Below are positions 48,691-61,538 of a DNA stretch of 64,000 bases, piece by piece. Location: NCBI RefSeq assembly GCF_009914755.1, contig NC_060927.1; one strand, written 5' to 3'. The notes under the pieces were generated by a model that worked only from the letters and a program-made list of their open reading frames with translations, had not been told where the DNA came from and did no database searches. The position numbers were made by a program, and so were the translations under genes. The stretch's first letter is position 1. Every line of letters begins with the position of its first letter. This DNA comes from the human T2T-CHM13v2.0 reference genome, Homo sapiens.

Positions 48691-49849
48691 TCAAGATCAA
48701 TGAATCCTCTTTTATATGTATTAGTTTTTATTACCTTTCCCATATAGTTCCATTTAAAAAATTGTTAACATAAACTTGCTCCCACTGTATTAATGGCTTC
48801 GTTCTCCTATAATGCCCAAATATTTATTTAAACAAGATTTTAAAACTTGCCTTGGATGGTCAAGGTAACTTAAAAATTTAACTATTAAAGTTAAATTCCA
48901 ATGAAAGTTCCTCATGTTACTAACTCAAAACCTAATTTCTGAAAATAAAATATATTGGTCAATAGTTCCATCTAAAACTCTTAAGACAAAAAGTTTGCAG
49001 ATAACTTCCATTTTAATAGGATATATTAACATGATAGGGCTATATTAAGCACAGTTTTTCCAAACACTGAGCACCTTTGTTGGATTCAATGTTAGGCTTT
49101 CAACATTTATCCAATATCTTAATATTGTCATATTTTTATCATACTCTCAGAATTAAATGAAGCAAATATACATTCCCACATCTGTGAAAGTAAATGTTTA
49201 TTCCGTCTACTTACAATGCTCAGAACATTTGTCACCTACATGCAGGGGAAAGAGACATATTTTTGTAGAGTTAATTTATTTGAAAAGTTACACACATTGC
49301 ATAAATCACCTGATTTACTTTTGTAATAAGATAAAACATGAGATTTCTCCAGAAGGTAGAAGACTGAGATTGAATTGGCAATTTTGTTAGATTAATAATA
49401 CTAACTTCTTACATTAACTTTAGGTTTACTCTTGGTTTAAAATTAAGTTATTATTCAGGAAGCTTAATAATCATCATTTCAAAGTTCTGAATTCACATTA
49501 TAACACAGTAGGGAGGGGTTGTTCCATGGTTGTTCTCCTTAATTTAATTTTTCTGAAGTGATAACAACATTAAAGGAGAAGATATTCTGATCAGAAATAA
49601 AATCAGTGATATATGTGACTTCCATCATGTGTTGGAATAGTCACACATTCTCTGAGGTTTCCAGTGTTGTGACCAGTTCCCCATTTTCCCCTGAGAAGCC
49701 TTCCCACAAAGCATGTCAATTATTGGTCAATGCTAAATTTCTAAAATTCACCATTTACTCTTTGCCTAATCATTATGTTCTGCATGATCATAGTCTTACA
49801 AAAAGGAACCAGGACAAATTATGGAACTTCATGTTTACACAAACGTGAT

Positions 49850-50590
49850 TTCTGGTCAGTAACAAGATAAAGAATTAGCCAAGGCTGGCAGTTTGTTCTC
49901 CAAAATCAACTCTAGTGAAACTACAAATATGAAACATAAGTAAGGATTCCAGGAGCTAACAACCACCACCACAAAATAATCCCTTTGTAAAACCCCTAGA
50001 AAGAATAAAGGATGTTTTTATCTGGATATATCACTGTAACCTGAGGAGCAGAATTGCAGGAGAAATCAACCAGAAGACAGGCCAGAGGAAATCCTTTTAA
50101 ACTCTACCCATATGCATGCCAGTGCTAGAGTCCTTGAGTTACTTTCAGGGCCTTAAGTGGGTAAACAATTTATTCAAAGAGACATTAACTGATCAACTTC
50201 TATAATCATTCCTCCAAATCCTTTAGGGTGTAGATTTTTACCTAGGTGTAAGGACTGATACTAATGTTGTTTCACAATAATGAGTTAAATGTACAGCCCT
50301 GCTCATAGCTATTGCCTGGTAGAATAGCTTCAAACAGATACAATCAACACTGAGACCTGCCCCTGGACATTTATCCCATACTGTAAGGAGAGTGGCTGAC
50401 ATCCCAAGAAAAAATGAGATCACAGTCGAAAATAACTAAACACCTAAGTAAGAAAACCTCCTCAAAAGAGGACCTCAAACTGAACAATGTACCTTACCTG
50501 CCACTGAGTTACAGAACAGGTAGAATGCAGATTTAAAATAAGCCTATTAAATATCTTCAGGCATTAAATGATGGCAATAGTAATATAAGA
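49850..50590 (+). mobile_element. Possible ancient L1M/HAL1 5' region
   Basis: A-rich; AAAATAACTAAACACC, GATTTAAAATAAGCCTATTAAATAT resemble the start of old L1 ORF1 regions. Confidence 0.35.
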
Positions 50591-52464
50591 TTACTTTCAC
50601 CATTCATCCAACACAGATTAATTTCTCTAGTTTTGGGTTTACCAAAACCAAAGAAACAGTAGCAAAATGTTTGTCACTAAAACTAGAGGCAATATATCAT
50701 AATCAATAAAACAGAAACAAAACAAAACAGTTTTTTGTTTATTTGTTTATTTTATTGATTTTTGAACCCTTGTGTTTTAACTTTGTGGTACACCAACTTT
50801 TGGAACTAAAGTGATATAACTTCCCAGAGTAGTGGTAAAACAGCCATGAGACAGAGTTGAGCCCATAACTAGGCAAATTTATAGATTATCATGTGAGATA
50901 ATGTACACAAACATATTTACATACATATTTATTTTTCCTGAGTAATACATGTACATAACGTTAAAATGAAATTCTACAGAATAATTAAAGTTGAATGCAG
51001 CTGTCTCCTGCATCACTCTTCCATTGTCCAAGTTCAGTTTTTACATCAATGATTTGAAAACATTAGGCAGTTACTTCTGATTCTTCTAAAATATATGCTC
51101 CATGAGGACAGAAATTTTCTGTTTATTGACTGTAGTTTCACACTGGCATGTTGGAAACTTTCTTCAAATGTCTCGCTCTTCTTGGACGCAAGTGAAAACC
51201 TGGTAATAGAATAGAACCATTCTATGTGCCTTAACAGAAGGTGGGGAGGACACTTACCCAATTGCAGAAGTTCTTATATCAGAGTAGGGGAGAAGACAGA
51301 GGGCTCAGTAGTTCAATGCATGTGTCATACAGACCTATACCTTATTTCTGTCCTCAGGCAAAGCTTCTGTTTTCTAGTCTAGAGGCTCTTGGGGATTCTG
51401 CAGAGTACTTCTTGGCTGAATTCCCTTCAGACATTCTGCTGACTGTGGCTTTAGCTGCTCTGCTGCCATGCAGGTGACTTTCTCTATCTCTCATGACATT
51501 AAAGGTTTTTTGTCATTAGCAGTGTATACTTTTTTCCTCTTTTTTTTTCTATTTACTATCATTTATGAATTTAATGTAGGTCTCAGAGGAGAGGGTAGAA
51601 AAAATATGTGGTAGGTTTGTCACTCATATTGACAATTTTCATGAAATTTTTCTGATATAGAAGAGTTTTCTAGTTTTTATGTCACTGTTGAGCTGCCATT
51701 TTAAAAGGCCATACTCCCAAACCATCAGCTATGTTCACTTCAGTCTCTAATAGGCAGGGAGGGGCATTAGGTTCTTTACAGGGCCATCTCAAGCAATGGC
51801 AAATGAAGGGCAGTTAAAAAAAAAAAGCGGTTGTGTTTGCTCCTATTTAAAGCACAAAGGTAGAGAAGTCGGAGAAAAGTAGGATCATGCGGGGTTGCCT
51901 GTCAGTTCCAGGGACTGATGTTTTACATGTAGGTCTACAGACATCATCTTAAATTTGAAAAACAAAAGCTGACCATTTTGAAAAAGGATCTATTTACAAT
52001 TTCATTAAATGAACAAAAGAAAAAAAAGTAATGAAAAATAAAATGGGAATGTGAAAATATAGTCTCAGATCACAGAGATGTAAGAGATTATGCAGCATAT
52101 TTTTTCTTATTTCCTATCGGATTATAAAAACTGTCTTAGCTGCTTCAAAAAATGCTGATATATAAAAAAACCTTCAGAGAAAGAAATTAAAGACCATGAA
52201 ATGGACAAATAAATGTGCCATTCACTGTGGTAATATACTGGTAGAGAATAGATTGAGCTCTGAGTAGTTAGTAAGCAAAAGAAGGCACAGTGAATTTCAT
52301 AGCTTTCCTAATCAGAAAGAGCATAGCCTGCTGGTTACTTAGAGGAGTTATATTTTAAACTTTTTATTGACTTAAAATGTTTCAGATGTCAGCAAATTTC
52401 TTACCTGTGAATCAATAATTTCAGAAGAAATACAGTAGGTTTGTAGGGGAAAAAAATGATTTTT

Positions 52465-52757
52465 TTTTTTTTTTTTTTTTGAGACAGAGTCTCACTCTGT
52501 CGCCCAGGCTGGAGTGCAGTGGCGCGATCTCGGCCCACTACAACCTCCACCCTCCAAGTTTAAGTGATTGTCCTGCCTCAGCCTCCTGAGTACCTGGGAT
52601 TACAGGCGGCTGCCATGGCACCTGGCTGTTTTTTTGTATTTTTAGTAGAGACGGGGTTTCACCATCTTGGCCAGGCTGGTCTTGAACTCCTGACCTCATG
52701 ATCCAACCGCCTTGGCCTCCCAAAGTGCTGGGATTAAAGGAGCCACTATGCCTCAAC
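52465..52757 (-). mobile_element. AluSg-like
   Basis: Full dimer with pure poly(T); CACCATCTTGGCCAGGCTGGTCTTGAACTCCTGACCTCATGATCC; perfect TSD AAAAAATGATTTTT. Confidence 0.93.
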
Positions 52758-55700
52758 AAAAAATGATTTTTGAGTAAGATAAATATGATTTTCACACTGG
52801 GCCACATGCCCTCAGAACTCTGTCTTAATTTTTCATCTTTATCTTGTAGGGGTTTAATTGTATGTTGTGTATCTGACACACAGATTTCAGTAAAGGCTGA
52901 CTACATTTTCAAGGCTGAAATACACTATCATCACCATCATCTTCCCACCCCTCTCTCCTATGACACACCGACTTGCAGTTTTTCTGTTTTGATCAAAATC
53001 TGTATCCTTTTTCCTTAAGGAATTTAGGAAAGCTTAGGTTCCTAAATTTAGGTTTGATTGTACAAGGCACATTTTAGAGTAATAGGTTAAAGATACACAA
53101 CTAAAAATGTTATTTGTATCTTTTGCTGAGATTGGGGGTACCCACAATTTTTGTGTTAATGCTCACAAATAACAGCAATATAGCATACCATTCCCATGCA
53201 TCATATTTAACTATCTAATTGCAAATTAAAACAATAGGAAAATAGAAAGAAATGTAGAATTCATATCAATGGAAATTGCACATTTTTATGAACAAATGTG
53301 ATCTGAACACATCAACCTGATTTATATGCAGAGATACTACTTCTATAGAGTACAGAAAGAAGGACTAACTACAGTTTCAAGGCACCCTTGAAAATAATTA
53401 TTCCCATGTCCTCCTTCTGCCCTTTTTCTTCTTGGTGGTCTTCAGATATTCTTTTTCTTTAATAGCACCACAAGTAGTAGGGGGTAAGAAGAAGGGGTAG
53501 GCAAAGCAATTTTGTGTACAGTTATAGATATAGCCTTTTGTAGTTTAATTTTTGAAACTGCAGCCTTTGGTTCTTTGAATCTATTTACACAGATGTTGGG
53601 GAAGACGGCTTGTAACCATCTACCACTGGCCTTGTGGTCACCTTTGCCTTTAAGCAATCTCTGGGAGGTACATTAAAAATGATTGTATTAGACACCCATT
53701 TCTAAGACACCATGTTTTTATTCCACGTTCTCCTTTTGGAATGTAACCTAACCCCATATTCTTAAGACACAGGGATGTTTACTTAGTATTATATGATTAG
53801 TCCATTTGGAGACCTGTAGTTTTCTCATTTTAATATCAGTAGTTTATACAATGTATGTGGGGTAAGCTAACTGCACACCTATTATGCTACTTTAATATTT
53901 CAAAAATGGTGGAACTGAATTTTGACACATAATGTCAGCAATTAGCAGTAAAGAGAAAATATATCTTACCTGATTTTAGGCTTCAGACTTTGATATTAAG
54001 AAAAATATTTTCAGATGGTAACATTGAATAAAACACTAACTGAAATATAAAAATATGTGGAAATATATCACAATCATTAATGGTAATATCATTAAAAGTT
54101 AACAGGATATTTTGTTTTCTCTTTTCCATCATTTTGCTATATTGGCTACTAGAAGAACCATTAAGGAGGATGCAATAAAACACAGTTTAATTTTGTCTTT
54201 AAAATCTTGTTATCCCTCACTCCCTCTCTCTCGCTCTTTTGAATGCAGAACAGTAGGTTATTTCTGATTCTTCCCCTTAGGGATGTGTTCTGTTCCTTCA
54301 GATTTTGCAGATGCCCATGTCCTGCTGCTATGCCAAATGCTTCATCCTCCTAGGAGTTTTTACCTGGCCAGGTGTCATGGCTGCCAAGCTGAAGGATGAA
54401 CACTAAATTGAACAGACAGGGAGATGTGTACAACATGGTTTTCATCCTCCAAGTCAGAGGTGTTACATATATGATGGCACTGAGTAATCAGCAATAGTGA
54501 CTAGGCAGTTTCTCTGCTTTGGCAAACTCGGATCTCGCTCTCTAACTGGTCATATGGACCTCCTGCCGCTATGCCTAATAACTGCAGCTCAGTTACCTAC
54601 ATCCTTTCTCACCTTTTCACCAGGAAGGAAGCATTGTCTTTGATTGTCCATCAGGACTAATCCTTTCTCAGCATGAAACTTGTTAGCATAATTGTAGAGA
54701 AAGCTCCAAAAAAAGGACATTAGAAGTTGTTCCTTTTTAAAAATGTATGTAATTTGAATGAAAAGTTACTGTGTGTATTTCGCTAATCCAGCCGTTAAGG
54801 TTTCTTCCATTATCATCTTTTTCAATCTTTATATTTTCATTATTTCTGTGTAATTAGAAACCCTTCTCAACTCTAAGAAACAATAATAATCTTTATTAAC
54901 GATAGCATAATCGAGAGAAGTTTTAGTTAAGATTTTTTAAGACTCTTATCTCCAAAAAAAATAAATTATGAACAATTCCAGTTACTTTTGGATCATCTTT
55001 AGTCATATAATTGGATTGCTCATGACTTATTTAAAAATAGAATGAAGGAACTTAGTTCTGAGATCTCTTTCCAAAAGAACTATGAAGTCACTGAAAGCCT
55101 GTTTATTCAAGAGAATAAACTGAGAGTGCCAAGGGTACTTGCCCATAAAGTGAATGTGCTGCAAGCTAAAAAAATAAGATAAAATGGGCAGCAAATGTAT
55201 GCTTGGATGAATATAATTTCTATTTACTAAGATAATTATATATTGAGCTTTTAAAAAACAGAGAAAGCCTTAAAATTTTTTATGAACAGAAGGGGAAATA
55301 TTATCATGGGTATCCTAGTTTAAAAAATATAACTTACAAGAGGGTAATGTCAATATTCAAGGTAAAACATAAATATTGAAGAAAAAGATTGTACAAATGG
55401 AGAATAAAAATATTATATAGTCATCTATCCATGTACTGTTATTATTATTAATTTGTTAACCTACGGAGCCATTTAGCTTTTGTGTTTTTGCACAAGGGAA
55501 ACGGCACAGTGTCAGACAGGTAATTGAAGTTATCTGGGGCTTTGTTTGATCCAACTTGTATGTAAAGAAAAACAAGAAGGTTAAAAAAAGGACTTTAAAA
55601 GCTGCAATTGGTGCCCAAGACACATCTTGACAAGTATAAAAAATATAATTAAGATTCCTCGAATATTACTGAAGTGAGAAGTTTCTACTACTCTTTTTAG

Positions 55701-56212
55701 ATTTCAGTGAAAATGTAGTGTACTTTGATAATATTAACTTTGCAAAGGTCTTGTTATTTTTTAATGGTATTGTTCAGCTCCTTATGTTTGAAGATACCAT
55801 TTTCAAGGTCCTAGTTCAAAACAACTTTTGTTTTGAAGCAGAGAATTCCTAGTGCAACCTTCTCTTGTTAGTTTTGTCCAGTGTTTATCATTAACATGAT
55901 GACCATGACACGAGGCAAAGTAAAAATTCTAAGAAGGGTCTTAACCCCCCTGCAAAAGAAAACACCGTTAACATTTGTTTTCCCCAAACTAAGAACATTT
56001 TATAAAAATTAAAATAGCCTTACAGTTTTAGGTTAGATATCATGAGTTCTTCCTTTTCATTAATGATGGAAAATAACTGGAAATTGAATGGTTAACCCAT
56101 TAAATTAGTTAACCCATTCAGTTTTAGTTAACCCATTTCTGACATGCTTTATAATGTAACTTTGATTTGGAATATTGGAGGATTTACGCCAAAAAAAACC
56201 TCAGGCTGAATT

Positions 56213-56784
56213 TGATACAGGTGGGCTAGGGGAAATCCCCAAACATGGTGGGACTTCAACCCCAGCCAGTATCCAGGCTCTTGCACCATAGTGTGAAGGA
56301 TGAGTCAGAAAATAGTGAAAGTACAGAGATTTATTGCAAAATGAAATACACACTCAAGAAAGGGGAGTGTATGCCTACCCCCGAGAGTTGCACAAGGGAG
56401 TTTGGGGCTGCTCCCTTTATGGATTTCTTTAACCAAGGTGTGGAATATTCATGATTTTTGGGAAATGGTAGAGATTTCTCAGAACTGTGGTGCCATCCAT
56501 TTTTACACCAGATATGAATGTTCCTGGAACTTTCATGGTGTTGGTGGATGTGTAATTTAGTATGTGAACGAGCATATAATGAGGTCCTAGGTGAAACCTA
56601 GCTCAAATCCAGCACCATGTTGGGTACAGTTGTTCTTACCCAGCTTGGCCCTCACCCTGGTTTTTCGGAGTCTTGTCAGCATCTACTTTATGCAGCTCTT
56701 TGGACAAAGGTTTTTTTGCTAGTCATGTGAAACTGCTGCCTGGGATTTTCTATTCTGCAATCACAATGTATTTTTCCTGTCTCA
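56213..56784 (-). mobile_element. ERV1 solo LTR, MER66-like
   Basis: TG..CA termini with perfect 4-bp TSD AATT; minus strand starts TGAGACAGGAAAAATAC..CCAGGCAGCAGTTTCACATGACTAGC; AATAAA on minus strand near 56330. Confidence 0.8.
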
Positions 56785-59579
56785 AATTCATATGCGCCTT
56801 TCTCACTGTTCTGCTCAGGAAACCATACTCTAGGATGTTCTTTTGCTTAACTTTTTAAAGAGCATTGGTAAACCAGTTTCATTTTCCCAAATACTTCTGA
56901 GAATTCCTGAGAGGCTTATACATGTCTCAGCTAAAATCCTGGCACTGGAACACTGCCTTCTCAGATGCATGTTATTGATTTCTTTCTTTAGATAAGTTCT
57001 TACAGGGCACAACTGCATGGGTTCCCCATGCATGGTGCACTAAAGACCAAAATCGAATGTTTAAAACATTTTAAGTCTTAGATATAGCATAAAAGGGTTT
57101 ATAGGATAGAAAACAACAATTTGGACACAAAATATTAAGTTTTTTTTTAACTCTTATTCGTAATCATTTTGTAATTTGTCTTATCAGAAATTAGACTCAG
57201 AGAGAAGAAATAGTGCCCCCTCTTCATCCAGGCTAAACCATCTCAAACACCTATCTCATTATTTACCTTGTATAAGATCTCCATGTATGAGCTCCCATTA
57301 AATGTTGCAAAATTTATACAAATGGCCCTAAGAAAGAATATTAACCTGCAGAGATAAATCCAATGTGGAAATGGTCATAATTCAGACAAACTTTGATATT
57401 GTTATACAGAGTACTTTTCCTTGAAACCCTATAGTTCTGGCCGTCTGCATTGAAGATTTTTTTTTTTTTAACCATCTCATAACCAAATGGTCCACTAGGT
57501 TAGATTTTCCAGGATAGAGTGTGACTAAAGAGTCAATAATTTTTGCAACAGAGAAAACCTTAGAAATAAGCTTAGAAATTAGTTTGACCAAAGTTTCAGA
57601 GATCTCAAGACCAATCATTAGGGCTTAATCTCAGACTGTAATAGTGTTTTCTACAGAACAATGGCTTTAAGTACACAGATATTTTCACATTTAGTGTCTA
57701 TTGCTGGAAAGTCTGGTCCTAAAGTAGGAGCAGTGGATGCATTTCTTCTTTCATAACAAATTTGACACTCAGGAGATAATAACCTTATGAGAATAAACAG
57801 TATTCTTCATTTTCTTTGGCTGTCTATACCCACACGAAATTAAATATATGAAGGATATTTCAAAACATTCTGGAAAAATAAGAAGAATATTTAAAAAAAT
57901 AAACTTTAACCAATATCAGTCTTTGACAACAAAGTTAACCATTTTAGCCATATAGTATAATTTTAGTTTCTAGGAAAATGTATGAATAGGGAAATGTTTC
58001 TTACATTATGCATATTTTCTCGAGTGATGTCCTAGGGACTCCTGTAAAATACCTCATTGATTGAATTATAACTATAACCTTAATGCAAATGGTACATTAG
58101 AGCATTTTTTTAAAAAAAGAACACATGTACACATTGGATGGTCTTCCAATTGTACTGTTTCTTATGTATGTGTGTATGTGTATGTCTATGTAATTTTAGG
58201 TAGTTATAGAGATTAGATATTGGACAAGTAATTAGAAAGTAACCAGATTTTGTTTGTCATAAAAAAGAAAATGATTAATTTTAATTGAATTTTTAGTTGA
58301 ACAGTAAAACTGGATAAGAATTTACCCTATTCAGGGAAAAGATGTACTGTGCTTTTCAGACCAAAACTGTTCTTTCCTGAGTGACCCAGTGTTGGCCTTT
58401 ACTGCAGAAATAGATTTGTTTTGGTAGACCCCTGTAGCCAGCTACCTGCAGAGAGAAAGGAATCCTGCTAAAGAGAATTCTTAATACAGTAGTTAAATAT
58501 TCTTTCATTTGGGTGAAGTTTCACATATGATATTCTTTTCTATTCAGCATAATTATAAACCTTTAGTTTTAATGCACTTTCAAAATAACTAAAATAATTA
58601 TAAAAATTAACAAGATAATTGTATATTCCTCATTGAAAAGTTTTAGCCTATTCAAATCTAGCAAGTCTGCTCTGAAATACCTGAGAAAAAGGTGTAAAAT
58701 GAATAAGAAAAGAAAATACAGCAGAATGTACCAGATGTTTTTATGTGTTGGTTGTACATATATCTTTCTCTGTTAGCTTTTAGTTACAGACAGAATGCAG
58801 TGTACAAAATTTTATTCACAATAGATGGCCATGCATCATATATTCACATATGGATATCATTTCTCTGAGGATTGAAATAGAAAGATAGGAAAACACAATA
58901 TGGTGTATATGCTGAATTCTATATATAAGCAAATGTGAATTATATAGTTACATGCTCTCTTCAAGAGGCTTCTTATCACTATCTCCCTGGGTAGTGTAGG
59001 GATTAATTAGTTAAAGTTTGTAGGCTCTTTGAAGCTGGGAAACACTATGGAAGTGCTAAGCATTATCATGGTAACACGAGAGTGAGGCATAAGTGATTTG
59101 CAACCCCATCAGCTCTTTGAAATGTGTGTCTAGCCTGATTCACAGTTTTCTCTTACAGTGTTTTATGGATTGGAAAGTTCTTATCAGATTTGAAGATGAA
59201 ATGTGTTCTATTGAAATCATACTAATCTGCACAATCAATCTTTTTTCTATATATTAGTAAAGTGATGTTTCTCAAAATAGAAGAAAACTTGGGATATGAT
59301 TTGAAAGGTAATTTAATAAAGTAGAATTTTGACATCAATTATAACTCATCTATTAGCATTTGATTGACTAAGCTGTAGCTCTCTTAATTAGCGCAACTGA
59401 AGTCTAGTTAATTTGCATAAAGGTAGCTATTCCCATCTTTTATACTTTAAAAGACAGTCTGGAGACTAGTCACTGTTTCCATAAAGCTTATATAGATTTT
59501 ATTAGCATGTTCCAATCATTCCTCACTATAATAATGTCAATTCTAAGATGTAATCTGCTCAGGATTTCTTTAAGTAATG

Positions 59580-60382
59580 TTTTTTACTTTATTTTTTATT
59601 TCTGTTTTTACTTTAGATTCAGGGAGTATATGTGCAGGTTAGTTACAAGGGTATATTGTGTGACACTGACGTTTAGTCTACTATTAATCCCATCACACAG
59701 ATCGTGAACATAGTACCCAACAGGAAGGTTTTTAGCCCTTGCCCCATCCCTCTGTCCCTCTTTTGGGGTCCCCAGTGTCTATGGCTCCCATCTTTATATC
59801 TGTGTGCACTCATGAATTAGGTCTCACTTATAATTGCGAACACTCAATATTTGTTTTTTTGTTTCTGCGTTAATTTGCTTAAAATGGCCTCCAGCCGCAT
59901 CCATGTTGCTGCAAAGGACATAATTTCGTTCTTGTTATGACTGTGTAGTATTCCAGGGTGCATATGGACATATTTTTTATCTAATTCACCACGGATGGGC
60001 TCCTACGTCGATTCCATGTCTTCGCTATGGTGATGAGCATGAGAGTGCATGTGTCTTTTTGGTAGAATGAATTATTTTCCTTTGAGCGTATACCCAGTAA
60101 TGGGATTGCTGGGTGGAATGGTAGTTCTATTTTTAGTTCTTTGAGAAACTGCAAACTGCTTTCCATAGTGCAGAACTAATTTAAATTCTCGCCAACAGTG
60201 TAGAATTGTTCCGTTTTCCCTGCGTCTTTGCCAACACATATTTGTTTGTTTGTTTGGCTTTTTAGTAATAATAATTCTTACTGATATGAGATGGTATCTT
60301 ATTGTGGTTTTGATATGCATTTTTCTGATGATTAGTGATTTTGAACACCTTTTCTTATGTTTGTTGGCCACTTGTATGTCTT
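59580..60382 (-). mobile_element. 5'-truncated LINE-1 3' end, L1PA16/17-like
   Basis: GGGTATATTGTGTGA..TTTTGGGGTCCCCAGTGTCT..; ORF2 C-terminal fragments (ELPFHPAIPLLGI). Confidence 0.88.
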
Positions 60383-60679
60383 AAGAAGATATTTTAAATA
60401 AACATAGAATTACTTCCTCTATTCATAAGTCAAATTCTGAATATACCCTTCTGTTTCCTCCTACTGCATCATTTTATATGGATAATGAGTCAATAAAATG
60501 ATGTACTAGTTATATATTTTATTTCACACTTATATTTGTAAAATGTTTTTCTTTGAAAAAAACGTTTTCCATTTTTTTAAAATTTCTTGGAAGTGACAAT
60601 GGGGACAGACAAATTTTGAAGCAATTACTGCACAAGGTGATTCAAAGTTAACTATTGTTCATTATAAAGTTATCTGTTT

Positions 60680-61300
60680 TTGAATAAAATTTTTAAACAT
60701 TATAAATACAAAACAATGTAATAAAAAGCGATTTAACCTCACCTAGAAATAATTAATGCATATCTTGTCCTATTTACATTACATTTGGTTATAATTGAAA
60801 TACACCCCCTCAAGTTCATTTCCCTTTCTCCATTTCCAGAGGTGCCATTATCATGAACCTGGTATTACCTTTATATTTTTATAAATGTATCAAAATACGT
60901 CTTTCTAAATAATACTAGTGTTTTGTGAATTTTCAATGTTTATGTGAATATCACAGATGGGTATTATTTCACATATTTTTCCTCTTAACATTCTTGTTGA
61001 GAGCTACCATTATTATTCTACTGAATTCCATCATGTTCCTAATGAGTTTATTGAAATGGTACAATAGAAACCCTTCTCTACGTCTCCAGGTGCACGTGTG
61101 TGAGAGTTTCTAATGAATATACTGGAAGGATAGCTGGATTGCAGTGTATGTACAGTTTTAACTTTGAGGAGACCAAATATCCTCATTTGCTCCCAGAAGT
61201 ACCACTTCATTACTATTGTTCCTCCATCCTAATTGGATTAACATATGTCCTGGATTTTTCATTTTTAATGAACTATTATTATAAGTTACATTGATTAAAG
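60680..61300 (-). mobile_element. L1ME 3' fragments
   Basis: TCCAGAGGTGCCATTATCATGAA, GGATAGCTGGATTGCAGTGTATG motifs. Confidence 0.5.
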
Positions 61301-61538
61301 CCAGCATGGGTTTGTTAAATGTTGATTTTGCTTAATACTTACAGCTATTGTCATGGTTCTACCATTATGTGATGAAAATAAAATGTTAACAGAGTTATGA
61401 CTTCAATAGGGGGTTAAGTCTGAAAATCAACTTTGTTTTCCTGACCCATTTCACACAAAACATAGATAATGCTTCTCTTTCAAGGACAGCATGCAGAATG
61501 CTTGATAATAAACCAGTATCCACTGAGTGAGTGGTGGC

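Noticed and set aside
53685-53795. Possible small DNA-transposon relic (repeated TAAGACAC)
   Set aside because: Too degenerate to define termini or family.
57014-57032. 8-bp hairpin TGCATGGG-TTC-CCCATGCA
   Set aside because: Short enough to be expected by chance in 64 kb.
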